From: Paragordius varius
Lineage: Eukaryota > Animalia > Nematomorpha
Length of the DNA stretch: 64,000 bases
Reading direction: 5' to 3'
NCBI GenBank assembly: GCA_964247055.1
Contig: OZ176056.1
Location: 3,968,001-4,032,000 of the forward strand
Shown here in pieces: positions 11,423-25,500 of the stretch (position 1 is its first letter; every line of letters starts with the position of its first letter). The translations under genes and the position numbers were made by a program. A model generated the notes under the pieces. The model made no database searches, was not told where the DNA came from, and was given only the letters and a program-made list of their open reading frames with translations.

Positions 11423-14400
11423 GAATGATATTCACATAAAACGGAATATTCACAAATAAGAATATCAAAATTTAATCATACGGATTTTATTTGGCCTGTG
11501 CTGTGTAAGCAAATGTGATTGATTGCTTACAATTTGACCGTAAAATAATCCTTACTTTAATAATTTATGCCAAAAAATTTTGCTATTGCCGGTAATGCAA
11601 TATAAAATTTTGTTTTTAATAATATTGATTTATTTTTATTTCCTGTATTATGTCCATTATTCTGTTTTTGATACTTTAGATGAACTAGATATTTGAAATG
11701 CCCAATTGTTAAAAAGTGTTAAAAAAATATGTATATTTTTATGTTTCCGCATACCTTTATAAAAAACGATATTAATTTTTTATTTTCCACGAATTTTCAT
11801 AAATGTAACTCATGCTGTGGTTGTTTATTCATTAGAATAAATCACGAGTTAAAATTAAAACCGTTTGTGTGGAACCGAAATCCTAGCTTTTAATTTATAA
11901 TTTAAATAGGTTCCAGTTTCTCTTTAATAATTGCGATTGCGATTAAAATTAAAAAAAATTGATACAGGAAAGCTTTATATTTTATCTATTTTATCTAAAT
12001 ATATTTTTCAATGGTTTAGACAAATCAGCTTGTAAAATCTTTATAGCTTAAATCTAGTATTTATATGATATTTTAATATTTTTTATGGCTTGAATCTAGA
12101 ATTTATTATTTTATCCTCCAAGTATAGTTTTCATTCAAAGTAAAACCAAATTATAAACGCCCAATGGAAAACAGAGTTATAAAATTATTTTAGCAAAACT
12201 TTATTTGGAGAAACCCAAAAAATGGTTTTTATTCCCTGATTTAAATTTAAAACCATACTTGGTAAGCCATACGTAAGCCATAGTAATCCGACAATGATTC
12301 ATCCAAAATATCAGTTGAAATCTAAATCCATTGGGAATTTAATTATTTTAGAGAATTAATTTGAATATTTTAAAATACGCCCATGAAATAATATGAATAC
12401 AATACCCCCTTAATATGGTTCACATAAGGTTTCATTATTTGTTTGAAGCAATCGAAAGATTGGTTATATTTGTTATGGGGATCCAAAATAACTAATTTAT
12501 AAATATAAATACAGTAATGTATCCTTTATTTTAGTTAAAAATTTTATTATTTTCGTTAAATGGGTATAAATATTAAATAAAGAATGGAAAAAACAAGAGC
12601 TATGGAATTAACAATATCATATTCATCAAAAAGTATAAGAATTACCATAGAGCTCTTGTTTTTTCCATTCTTTACCAAATCTTTATACCCCTTTAACGAA
12701 AAAAAATAAATTTTTGATAAAATAAAGGATACATGTCTGTATATTGCATTGGTGATATATATATATATATATTATATCAAGATTTTCAGATGTAAAAAGC
12801 TAATTATGTTAGATGTGAATTATTAATTATCGTATGATTTTAAATTACACATCTTAAAATATAGTACCGTGATTTATTGTGTGCACCATTTCATGCGATA
12901 TTAAACTTCCAACTTTTGCAAACTTTGCAATATCCGATTCGTTGGAATCATATAGATATCCTTGGAGCATTCCCAAACCTACAACTAAATTATATAAAGA
13001 TAATTGACTTGAATACTGCATAATTTAACACTTCGATTCAAAATGGGGTATCTAAATACCCCAGACTAAACTTAAATTAATATTTTTAAAAAACTACTGA
13101 AGGAAACGGTCCCAATTTTAATTTATGCTTCTATCCTAATAAAAATAATATAAATAAGCCATATCTAAATAAAATTTTGTTTTGAAGAAAATCCATGTCA
13201 AACTACTTCGACGCCATTATTTTACAAAATTTTTGCAAAATATCGACTTTATATAATTTTAAGGGTAAAATTAAAGCTTATTTAAATTGCATCTAACATT
13301 GAGAGAAATAGAAAAAGCGGTTTATTTTGTATTATTTTTCAATTTTACCATTGCACACATGTCACGTCGACTAAATTTTTAACTTTAGTTTTTGCTTAAA
13401 ATAAGTAATATCAAGTATTTTTGAATACATTTTTTTATATATTACGGTTTATTAATGTTATAAAGTGCAAAATTTTGCCATGGTTTCGATTCCTTCCATA
13501 TTTTTTAAAGAATTTAATTTTAAACAAGCCTGGGTTTAACTACCCCAATTCGAATCGAAGAACTAAAATGAATGTGTTGTATCCAAGTGTTAAAGTAAAA
13601 ATTGAAATTATAAGAAAACGTAAAAATATTTTTTGAACAGACCACTTCATTTTTTTAAAATATATGATTGATTTTTAAAATAATTTATATTTAAAAAGTA
13701 TGGTTATCTTTTGAAATAAATATGTGTTTTTAGGTTTTGTCTGTAGAATTTCAATTTTTATTGTGTGATGTACCATCCGATTTCGTTAATATGATATTTA
13801 TTTAAATTTTTTAATTTTTTTTTTTAAAATTCTGCAATTTATAGTTTAAGAGATTCTCAATTATATATTCTTATCATTAAAGATCTCTATTTTGATCATT
13901 TAAAATTTTTAAGTTTGTATTGTTAGTGAACATCGTTTTTTCAAAAAGTGATTTTACAGTAAACACCTATTAGGGTTTTGAATTTTAATTTGAATAATGA
14001 TATATAGTATAAAACAAATATTGAAGAGTACCAATTGAATTGTTCATAAATTCGTACATTGCATTATCTAATAGGTATGGGCTAGGTGTAGATAAATTCC
14101 TAGTTAAAAAATAATCAAAATATATGGTGACATTCATATGTTTGATTTGAAAGTGGTTCACAACCTTTTCATGCTCCATCAAACTAAAAATAAAAATTTA
14201 TGTGACCACACCCCCTCCCTCCCATTCAAAAAACTCAACATAAAAGTGTAAAATATCAATCAAGGAGATCTTTATATCCGCATTTTTTGAAATATATTTT
14301 CCATATCGGTGACAAATCTTGATAATTCGCACCTGTTAGCAAAAAATTTGTTAAAGTGCACTCATCCTATTTTGAAGCATGGTTGGTGATGCCGTTATTT

Positions 14401-17025
14401 TACTACAAATTTTTATTTTATTTTTTGACTTTTATAGAGTTTTGAAGATGACAAATTTTTAAATCAAGGAGATAAAAATGTTTAGCATTATTGAATTAGT
14501 TTTATCATATCTTAATTCGTTTTTATACCGCTATCATATTTATGACTTTAAAAGCCCACATATAAAAATTTAATTTGAAAATTATTGTTCTACTTTTTAA
14601 ATAATATTATTTTTTGAAATGAAATATTGGCCTTGATAAAAAATATTTTGTAGTATAATGTGCGAAAATTTTGCGATTTTTCTAAAGTGGTAATAACTTT
14701 TTAAAAGTTCCAAAACTAAGGGACCCAATCCTTGTAGATTATCATAATGTGTAAGTTATATCAAAATTTTTTTATTACATTGTGTGATGGAAAAAATAGA
14801 CAATATGATGTTGATATTTTTTCCCTAGTATGTATGCAGTAATCAAAATGAATATCCGATTAGAGGAGTAGAATATATAATAAAATGTCAGTGAATTCAA
14901 AAAATGATAAAAATTTATGACGATTTGACCGCTATCAATCTTATATATGGTAATAACCAGTTGATAATACATTTATATAATATATATTGGAAGTAAATTT
15001 GGTTTAAGATTTTTAAATTAAAATAGGAACCAGTAACACATGGTAATTATCCAAAAAAATTTGATTAGTTTTTTAGAATATAATAATATATATTTTTGCT
15101 TACATGTTTTCTGTGATTTGGCGGTTATACTCATAATCATCGATACGAAGTTTAATCTATAAATTTAAAAAAAGTATATATATATATATATATCCTTGTG
15201 TTATTCATTATAACATATCTAATTGGAACATCGATATCAAAGCCCCAACATTTTTCATAAATCAAAAAATAATTTATTTACAATAATTTTTAACAAGGAC
15301 GTCCAGCATATGCAAAAAATGGAAAATTGCACGAATTCCATAATTAGCAAAAATATGATTATAATATAATCCTTAAACAAATCTAAATTATAGTCTGTCC
15401 AATTCGCAGCAAAAAAATTGGTGTAAATAATAGTCATTTAATATATTTTTTTCAGCTTGTTAATTCTAAGTTATTTTTAAATGCGGCCCATCGGGTTTTT
15501 TTAATCAAATATAAGGCACTCGAAGCCATTTGGTTTGGACTCCCCTGGTCAAAAAACGGTGTAAAGTTTCTTTATATTGAAAGGGTATGAATGGATATAT
15601 CTTTACGCAAAATTTATTAATTTTAAAAATTGAAATTTAAAATTGTAAATCTGTGGCTACATATAATTAGATAAATTATTTTATTAGAAAAAGCATATAG
15701 ATTATGTACCTTTGCACCATTGCTTTTGTCATTATCAAAGTCCGATTGCTTTGGGAAAAATTCTAGCCTCAATGTATCCAACTAAATATATTAAATACAT
15801 CTACATTTAACGGGATTAAAAAAGCGATCATTGTTTAATTAAGGGGATAAATACCACTATCGAATATTTAGATCACATATAGTCTTTAAAATATTACATT
15901 TTATACTCTAGTTTCTTTTTTTTATTTTTCAGGTAAAGTTGTAGGTTGTATTAAGGACTCAAAAAAGCTTTAATCGCTTCTTTGTTGCTGACAAGGAGAA
16001 ACGATCACATTCACATACATAAAACATATGAACTTTATATAATAAATTTCCAGAAAGCTTCAAAAGTTTGATTTTTGGGGCATAACAAAAGCCGACAACG
16101 TTAATTTAGAAGATATCTCGACCGTGATGTATATTCATTAAAAAATGAATGAATGTGGCCTTAACCCAATGCACTAAACCGGGGGGGTTTAAAATATGCT
16201 ACAATATGTGTATTCTGATAAAGGAACGCATCAGGATTATCATAGTACTGTTGGTTTGGGGCGTATGACTAATTTTAAAAAGTTATTTTCGTTTTTGCAA
16301 TAATACATAAAAAATCGAATAATTTGCGCTCATTGTGCTAAATTGGTTTCTCTCCAAAATCATTAATATTATATTTAAAAAGCAAAAAAATATTTTTATA
16401 AAATTATACACGAGGGGTCGGAAAGTGGCAAATTTGCCCATTATTAAATAAAATAGATTTTTTTAAGTTAAAGGCAAAAATGCCGATATTTCGCGATCGG
16501 GATTATAAATATGTGCATTATGGTGTTTATAAATTATAGCATGTTTAAAATGAACCGCTTTTTATTGTATTTGTAAGATGAAAACAATAATTTTTAATAT
16601 TCAATGGCGCTAAAACTACAACCTCAGAATTTATAACATTCACTCGTCTTCAAATTCACATAAATTATATTTAAAACAGACGAACAAATATAAATTACTG
16701 AGGTGATAGCGTTTAGCGCTAAAGAATTATACGTGAAAAGTGTTTTACAGGGACTATAATTTAAAATAGAATAACCTATGGTTTATCAAAATTAAATATC
16801 AAAAAATATTTTTTTATGTCATCATCTAGCATTAATAAACATTATCGCAAAGTCCCACCTAAAAGTGGCGAAAATAAGATTTTCCGGGCTTTCATATAAA
16901 AATTAAAATTTTGAAAAAACATTGTTTTGCGATTAAAGCATTCAGTTTACATTAAAAATTTAACATATGCTTCGCAGTATTTTGTAAACCAAAAACCATA
17001 ATAATCCTAATACATTTTGTTATCG

Positions 17026-17076
<51 letters not shown>

Positions 17077-17869
17077 CAGTCATGTAAATGTAGAATTGAC
17101 AGAAATTCGTTTTTAAATGATTAATATTTGTTTTTAATTGTTTAAATGTTTGATATGTCAACAACATGCGCATTTTTAAGCATAATAATAATTGCTTATT
17201 TATTGTAAACAATTAAAAACAGAGTAAAATCAATTAAAAACGTATATCTGACAATTCTAAACATACATGACTGTAATATCATCTTGATAATTTGTGTGAT
17301 AGGGACTATCTAAAGTTATTACACATTCTTTACTTATATAAGACTAACAACGGGAATAATTTATTAAATAGATTTAATGCTGACTTAAAGGCTGAAAAGC
17401 CATAACCAATGGGGCTACACGTTTTTCCAATAATTGTTTTACAGACACGAATTTGTTATGTGGAGTGCATTTTACATAAGGTAGACCAGGTAGAGGTTCA
17501 TTCAAAAAACAGAGCTATCTTATTTTAGCCTATAAATGGATATGCAATGTAAGATCTTATTTTTATTCTTATAATACATTTGCTAAAATGAAATATTTAT
17601 TTACGAACATTAATGCAAGGAATGCAAACGTCAGAGCCAAATATAAGGGTATATTGACCATTTAAAATGGCTTCCAACCTTTTTAAATTGCTACTTAGTC
17701 CATACAATCAATATAAAATATATTGAATAATAATTTTAATTATTATTGCAATTAAAATTTCATTACTACAAGTAATATTAGTCAAACTTAAAAACATTAC
17801 ATAAAATGTAAACTAATAATCAGAATTTAAATTAAAAATATAACTAAAAAACCCCTAATTTGCATAACC

Positions 17870-17941
<72 letters not shown>

Positions 17942-20900
17942 AATTTTATCAACCTTTTTCGCGATTTCTTTTTTTAGGGGTAGTGGCAGGTCAACACTGT
18001 TATTTATCATGTGAATGGCCTCCCTTCGTAATGCTTCAAATATTTTGGTCACCTATTTTCCAAATTTTAATAATAATAATAATAATTAAAAATATGTGAC
18101 GTTGTTTAAAAATTATCTGTAAAGCCCGTCTAGTATAAGGATAAATTTAAATTTTTCCATATACATATAATACGGGTTTTATATAAATGTAAAAATACTA
18201 GTGGACCATAGGTTCTATAAAATGTTTTTTTAAAATATATTAGGGACACACTTCTATTTCTTTTGTATTGGACAGTCTAAATATTTTAAATGCAATTTCG
18301 TTGAATACACCTTGGAAGCGTGTTTGTGTTACAGTGTAGCAATAATCAGGATCATCACTTATGCCTTTACAAGAATATATGTATGGGCAAACCAAATCTT
18401 TATAGTGTTGCGATGTTTTTGAAGGTGCAACAGGTATGTTAGTTAACAAATGAGTGTAAATTAGGTATTGGTACAAGATTCTACGATATAACAAATAATT
18501 TAAAATAATTTTACGATAAATGAAAGCGATAAATTCTAAATTAAAGTTAATTAAGCTTGGACTTTAGTGTCCTTAAAGGAACATAATCAAATTTATTGCA
18601 TACCATAAAGTAAAAAAGCAAATTATACAGACAAAATTTTAAATCAAAACAACAGCCAAAAAGACAGCTATTTTTTTATAAAGGAGAGGTAAATTGTTCA
18701 CACACATGTTGTAAATTCATTGTTACTATATCATACAGTCCATATAGAAAATTTTTCTCTTGTAGTAATAACAACTTATATATTTAACTGTATAAATTTT
18801 TATTAATTAGTTTTTAAGCTTTCTAAAAGGAAAAACACTAAAACTAATAGTTGAAATTATTAACCTTATCCCGAATTCGCTAGAGAAATATTTGTTTTGC
18901 AACAGATTTCCAACTTTCTTAAGATAAGTGGTGGGAATTTGGTAAACCAATGAATCGTTTGGCAAACCATTTACGGATATTCTATACTAAAATTATATTT
19001 AATTAACATAAGAAATTCATGGACACTTCATTACTTTTTAATATTTTAGACTATTACATAGGGAAGATTTATGTCTTAGAGCTTATTGTATTTAACAGCA
19101 ATAAAAGTTCTTAAATCATACCAAAATTTTTCTCATGTATTAAATAAAACATACTTATTTTGAAGGTTCAACTTTGCGAGTTTACGATTGTAGCTTTCTG
19201 AATTTAATTATTTACATTTATTTACCTCAATACATTTATGTGAAGGAAAAAATGGTGGTAAAAAAATCTGAAATAAGGATTTTAGACAATTTTGCATTTT
19301 CAGTTTTTTTAATTATACACCATAAAGCATATATTATAATTTGGCCCAATATCTCAAATATTTTTCACGATAAAATCAAAAATTGCCCTAATCAAAGGTA
19401 ATTGTTAAATCAAGTTTTGCTGTTTTTTTGATAAAAAAGCACTAAATATATAATACATACAGATAATTATTAAGGATATACCAATAATTGTTTATACATA
19501 TTTCGTTTTTTCTAGAAATATGGAAACTAGGATGTGGCAAATCGAATTTTATTGATTCTGCCAAATGATAAAATGGAAAACTTGGGGTAGCAATTATTAG
19601 TCAATTGAAATTAGCAAAGTAATATAAATAAAGCAATAATAGGTTTAAAAGGCAAAGGCTAAATAAATAAGGAAACTTATGAAAAGGTATCAAAACCGAT
19701 TTAAAACCATAGGGATTCTTTTTAATTATCAAAGCAGTTAATCCCATTCACCCTATTCAACATACTAACGATGAGAAAACAAGGGTTCAACACAAAACAA
19801 TATTTTATAGTTTTGAAACAGTGAGATTTAGACAAAAAACGAAAGTATAAAATTAAATTTTGATGGAAACTAATGCTAACACAAATAAATCAAAATAATA
19901 TTAAAATATAACAAAAATATCATGGTGCTTGAAGAAATACTTATCAGATTTAAAATTTGAAGGATTACAATTACAGTATTTAAAATAAATATGTAACTAA
20001 TAAATTTCACAAATTGACGACAACCAGAGTCTTAACAAGATTTAAAGGATGTATACATCCCTCAGCGCACAAATTAGTATTTTTTGATGTTTTAAAGGTT
20101 AGGAATTTTAGCACCGCCACAAATAAGAGACGCCATAAAGCATTCATTCACTGGAGTTAAAAATGGTCGCTACCCGACTGACAGCAATAGCTTAAGAAAT
20201 TTAACAAGACATTTGGCAAGATTTTTAAATTATATTTAAAAAAATGGAGATGGCACAGAAACTACCCAGGGAAAAGAAGGGGCTATGTTAATATTCAACC
20301 GATTAATTTCATCTTTAGCAAAAAGCAGAAACCAAAAATTACATCATAATTTATGATCCCTCCCTGAGTTTTTCTTGTTTTAACTTGACTAACAAATATT
20401 AGCGTCCATTAACAGGAACTTATATAATTGTATATAGTATAATAAACCAGTGGAAAATCCAGGAGAAATTCGGAGAGATTTTGATAATTCTTTGATTCGT
20501 CATTTATGGTAGCGTTTCTAATCTATAAATTAAATATATAAAACATATTTTAAATTGATTCATTACAGTAAAAATTTAATTTGAATAGGCAGAATGTAAA
20601 TATATAAAGACAATTTTCAAAAGACAAATATACCTTTTAAAACCTTAATTTTTCCCATCTTAACTATTATTATAATTGTAAATAACATTATGATTGTATT
20701 ACCAATTTACATCTATATTTTTTTTAAAAACATGGACTATAAAAAATTTTGTCTTAATATTTTTTCGTTTTGTCCGTATAATTTCATTTTTTACTGTAAT
20801 GCATAAAGAGATAAAAAAGTTTAGGCCAAATGCCTAATAACCATTAACTAGTTCTGGTTAAGTACGAATGCTAAGATAAAAAACGCTGATAAACTAAAAA

Positions 20901-22182
20901 TCAACATGTTAGGTCAATCAAGGTTTTATTGTGAAAAAATGGATTCTTTAACCAATGCTTAATCCTCAATTTTTTATAATTAACACAATGTTAAAATTAA
21001 AGAATATTAGTTGGATGGTTTAAAACTATTATATATGTAGATTTTTGATAATAAAAATAGTAATTAAAATTTATACCATAACAAGTTCGCGTTCCAAGTT
21101 AATTATATAATTCACGTCTGTATGTGTAAAACCTAACGGAGAGAGGAGAGTGTGAATATATGCCTTATAATTTTTCATGATGGTAGAATTTGCAAAGTAT
21201 TTAGGTTCAGACAAATGAGTTGTCGAGCGTGCAAAATAGATAAGCTTGTTATAATTTCCAAACAGGCCAATAACTTCTGCCATAAATGCCTTCATTGTGC
21301 TATTAGACAATTTTAATCCATTCCTTTGGTGTTGATCATTCAGCCATCTATCCAGGGACTGAACAAGGCTTGTTGAGTTTTCAAATGAATTTTGCATAGC
21401 AAATATTGGTTTAGTTTCATTGTATAAGGTAAAAGTTTTGAAAATATCTGTATAATTTATAGGTCGTCTAGTTTGCCATTTCCGTGTTTGACATGATCGA
21501 TAAAAAGTATACATTAGCTTTTCATGTGGGTTGCGTTCATTCTCACTTTTCCGGACCAAATAATCTAGTGTTGTTATAGCAAAATTAAGTATATTACACA
21601 TATTAATATCGATGTAATTTATTTTAAAATTTAGATTGAATGCATTTTAAATTATAAAATTAGATTTTTAGTTTTGGAATTTTATAAATTCGAAAAAAAC
21701 GACTTTTCATCAATAAAAATCGCAAATTAAAAATTGCATTTTATTCAATACGCATTCAAGCTTAATTTTAGAATTAAATACAACTAGTACAATGGTGTTT
21801 AACACGTGTTTTTCGATCGCCAAATTTATTTTAAAATGTTAATAAATCATAAAATTAGATTTTAATCAAAAATTTACGATTATTTATAATATATATTATT
21901 CAAAATTTGCTTAAATAAATAAAAAAACTAAAATATCAAAGCAGCCCACGAAGCTATCTGTGGTAGACACCCTGATCTATTGTTATATTCACAAATTAAA
22001 ATATCAAACAGAGCAAATAATTATTATTAGATTACCAAAAACGTCTTCTTTATTCCGCTTTTTTACTTTGGACAATTGAGATCCGGTTTTTTCGATGGCT
22101 GAAAAATTGTAAAAAAAATCTTTGCATGCAAAAACATTAAAATTTACGCACGGGTCATATCTGGGCGAATTCGATTTTCGAG
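9835..22182 (-). CDS. Neprilysin/ECE-like M13 zinc metallopeptidase, multi-exon; 5' exon(s) and exons between 17954 and 14099 unresolved
   Basis: Mostly phase-consistent exons (the 20448-18865 junction is uncertain): 22182-22036 (DPCVNFNVFAC), 21564-21077 (FYRSC..LERELV), 20522-20448, ~18986-18865 (PTTYLKKV), 18480-18252 (YQYLIY..DYC), 18052-17954, 14099-14032 (DNAMY..NSI), 12984-12868 (GMLQ..HEMVH at 12895-12881), 12491-12406, 12321-12259 (ESLSD..GLRMAY), 11356-11279, 10943-10870 (TH..AVR), 9925-9835 (SNLALQN..FSC..C, stop). Confidence 0.9.
10068..10647. mobile_element. piggyBac-type MITE, copy 1 (TTAA target site)
   Basis: TTAA|CACTT...AAGTG|TTAA with subterminal IR CTTCGATTCAAATTGGGGTA / TACCCCAATTTGAATCGAAG. 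A near-identical copy lies at 13029-13589. Confidence 0.8.
12512..12739. mobile_element. Near-fully palindromic MITE with TA target site
   Basis: TA|CAG...CTG|TA. Arm pairs: ATGTATCCTTTATTT / AAATAAAGGATACAT and AAAGAATGGAAAAAACAAGAGC / GCTCTTGTTTTTTCCATTCTTT. Confidence 0.75.
13029..13589. mobile_element. piggyBac-type MITE, copy 2 (TTAA target site)
   Basis: Same termini and internal sequence as 10068-10647, in direct orientation. TTAA at 13025-13028 and 13590-13593. Confidence 0.8.
17873..17937. repeat. (TA)n microsatellite, the longest of many
   Basis: Seen directly. Others lie at ~6010, 6256, 11385, 15175, 17030, 22394, 29667, 30775, 38145, 43898 and 53115. Confidence 0.95.
19500..20350 (+). 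mobile_element. Possible highly degenerate LINE reverse-transcriptase remnant in an M13 intron
   Basis: The fragment PFTLFNIL (~19743) resembles the RT motif LSPTLFNI. Weak NKSK and KYL-like fragments follow. There are many stops. Confidence 0.3.
20566..20796. mobile_element. Tc1/mariner-type MITE family (TA|CAGT...ACTG|TA); other copies at ~28750-28980, 29460-29625, 32790-33030, 39562-39780, 52854-53114, and a degenerate one at ~63513-63745
   Basis: The TIR motif TATACGGACAAAACGTAAAAATATAAAGACAAATA and its reverse complement recur at these sites. TA flanks and CAGT termini are clear at 20566 and 52854. Confidence 0.7.
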
Positions 22183-22388
22183 CTAATATTTCGATAGTTA
22201 TATAAATTATCCCAAACAAAATGGAAATTTTGAAAAAAAAGCAAATATTATGTTGATCAAATTACCTGGTATTTTGTCAAAAAATACAAGAAAATATATA
22301 AAAAACATAATGTGTAACAAGTGGCTTGAAATGGTCATTTTTAACATATAAAAAAATTAAAATTAAATAGGATATTGTAATGTAAAAC

Positions 22389-22439
<51 letters not shown>

Positions 22440-25149
22440 AAACTTTACCATTGATTCTAAGAAAATGGGCCCATGCATCGCAAGAATTTTAAGAAATTAT
22501 ATTTTTACTAATTTTGAGCGAATAGTAATTTTTAAATTTGTAATTAGTGAATTATAAAAGGTGGATATGCAATTATTTTGCCTGAAGCTATGTATATTTC
22601 GCAAAAAGAGATGTTATTATTATTAAAAATTGATTGATTTTTTTGTCATTATTAGAATTCAAACAATTTGTTTTAATTAAAATGATCAAAATTTTTTTGG
22701 AAATGAAACAGGTCTCCAATAAGGAAAGATTAAATTTCATGATATTATAGTAAAAAACGGCCTCCTATATTACAAAAATGTTTACATATATTTTCTTGAT
22801 TTAGGTAATTATTAATGGGCCGGGGTATAAAAATAAGTTCAATTTTACGGAAGTCGTTTTTGTAAGTTAAGATTTCGCTTTTAAGTCTCTTCCTATGTTG
22901 GCTTGATATAAATTTCACTTAACTTATTGACTTATCTTATAACCTTAACTCATCACATTTTTTAATTATGTACCATAGTTGAGTGGAGATTTTTTTTATT
23001 TTTACTATAATAGATTAAAGTGTGTAATATCTCATATAATTCAAGTCGAAAAAGTCATAGTGATAGTAATGTTAGCAAACAAGAGTAATTTTGATTCAAA
23101 TAGCATGTAACATAAATTCACCACGGAAATAATTCACACTATGGTTAATACGGATAACTTAAAAAAACCTTAATTTTCTTAGCAAATTGAAGGTTAATCA
23201 TGAGATTTGTTTCCGATGTGGAAAAAATACTTCAACAATTGCAGCTACAAAGATCTCATTATTTTTATAAAATTATAAGAAATGCGTTTTTATCTTTGTT
23301 TTTTTTTGGAGGACTGAGGGGTTTTTTTTTCAATTTGGTGGGGCATGGACAAAAAGGTTGAGAACCACTGCTTTAAATCATCATGCAATATTATTCAAAC
23401 ACCTTTAACAATTAGTTAGCCGGCAAATGTAAATTTAATGAGAAATTGGCTACGATATCCTGTACTTTAAAAAAATTATCTTTTGCAATAACACTGTTTC
23501 ATCCTGAAAGTTTAATCCAGAGGTGTTTAACACAAATGAATTCACGGGCCGCATTTTCACAGACAATAAGCTGGTGGGCCGCTTTAAAATATACATGGGC
23601 ATTCATATGTTTTTTTATATACAAAACTGTAAAAACACACAATAAAAAACATATTTTTTTAAATAATTAGTTAAAGAAATATGAATTTTACAAATATTTC
23701 GTGAGCAAATTTTTTGCAAATTATGCATCTCTAAGCGAAACACCCAGGGTTTAATCAAAAATTCATCAACTAAGTAATTATAGGAGCTTGTGGGATATCG
23801 GATAAAACTTTTATGATATTTTAAATAATATTTAAGTTATAAAATTTTAAAAGCATTGATACGATTTTTTGATTTATAATGCTAAATAAAGGACAAAAGA
23901 AACCTACAAATCATTAACATTAAGGCCTAGAAATTAAGTCTTGAAACGATAAATTAAAGTTACCGATATCAGCCGCATTGAATTGACACAAAATAACATC
24001 CTAAAAAATGATTATTTTGGTTTGGAATTTATGAACGATTGGTTTATGCATCAATATTCTTCTCGAAGAAAAAACAAAAACATGTTTCTCTTGATGTCAT
24101 TTGGGATCCGCTAAATTTTAAGAACAGGATCTTTTTTTGGCACTTTATTTTTGTTTTATTTTTCGCAAATTCTAAAGATTTTGCAGACTTAACAAAAATT
24201 CGTTATTGCTGATATAATGTGCGAATGCATCTCGTCACATTTTCTGATCCAAAAATGCCGTCCCCGAAGCCATATGTGTTGGACCCTGCTTTAGAGTCTA
24301 GACCTATTCTTTTTTTAAAAATATTTAGAGGATGTTTTCAGCTTTATTTAGCCTGGTTTGAAGCTTTGTTTTTTACCAGTTTTGAGAATAATTACGGTAC
24401 AAAGATATATGTAAATTTTAAATGTGTTATTTAAAAAAGACCCGATCTCTATGCATAAAGTATGTATTAAGTAATTATTAAGTCTTTTTAGCCAATTTAT
24501 TTATGATTACTGATACTTTCAACTTAGCCACCTATAAATTTTCCCTGTTAACATGGAATACTTTATGACTAACTAGCATCATAAACTCAAGCGAAAAAAA
24601 GCGCTAATCCGGATGCCACGTCTACTGATGTTTAGAAAGATGAAATTGAATGGTGCATCAACAACATTGTATCGATAATGCAGCGCCATTTGTTGACTGT
24701 TTTCCCACTTCCTGGGTTGATTCTTGCATAAAATTATATGCCCATGAAAAGGGTAAGTAATACAACAGAGTACTACATTGGAATCGCTTGATCAAAACAG
24801 TCTCAGTCACAGGTACTTAAACCGCGGCCCAAACTCATATGACCCTAAAAGTGTTTTTTATGGCCCTTAATTATTTATCAATTCTTTGATGTATTTATTT
24901 GATTATAAATATCTGCAATTATGTTGAACCGCTATATTAAATTTTTATCGGTATTATATGGTGCATGGCCCTTGAGACAAGATAAAAAAAATTTATGGCC
25001 CTTAATTATTTTTGATGAGTATGGTCTATTTCTATCCAACATCGTGTTACTTATTTTAATCAATACCTGCATCACAAAATCTGTGGTTATCGAAAGAGAG
25101 TATGCCATATGAAGTATCATTTCATCGACATTCGTGGGGCGTATAAATT

Positions 25150-25500
25150 TAAATGATTGATAGGGAAAAATTATAAAACTTAATAACGATGATAAAATTT
25201 GATGATATCTTTAAGGCACGTTTCCGAATTTGTGGTTGAAGAGCATCAGATCACATCATACTTGTGGCCTAAATGAAGGTTGTTCCGTATCATTCCTTAC
25301 ACATAAGGATGGATTGTAATTTTTTTCACAGGCTTTGCAACGCTGATAATGTATGTTTGACCATTCACAGTATGGAAGGCGTAATAGAAAAACTATTTAA
25401 AACTTTTGGCAGATTACGGATTGGAGATCAATAATGAGATGTGAAAGCTCGTGACAATTGGCGAAGAATGACTCGTTTAATTATACGAAGCAATGAGATA
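25150..25500 (+). mobile_element. Possible degenerate RTE-like LINE 3' fragment
   Basis: ARDNWRRM (~25447) resembles the A.DR..WR motif at the end of RTE ORFs. No intact ORF is present. Confidence 0.25.

Noticed and set aside
11480-11760. Candidate M13 exons (IFLTLFNNW; TQHRPNKIR)
   Set aside because: Better-matching, phase-consistent exons at 11356-11279 and 10943-10870 supply these motifs in the correct order.
14775-17700. Candidate M13 middle exons (~17514-17385, ~17690-17610, ~14945-14860)
   Set aside because: Exons must exist in this interval, but I could not find a phase-consistent set with convincing motifs, so none are called.
16952-18099. ORFs containing YIYIYI runs (also part of 30592-30903)
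   Set aside because: The runs are translations of (TA)n microsatellites.
24650-24760. Short plus-strand frame ending in a strong donor (AAGG|GTAAGT)
   Set aside because: It has no partner exons and no recognisable motif, so it may be chance or a transposon remnant.
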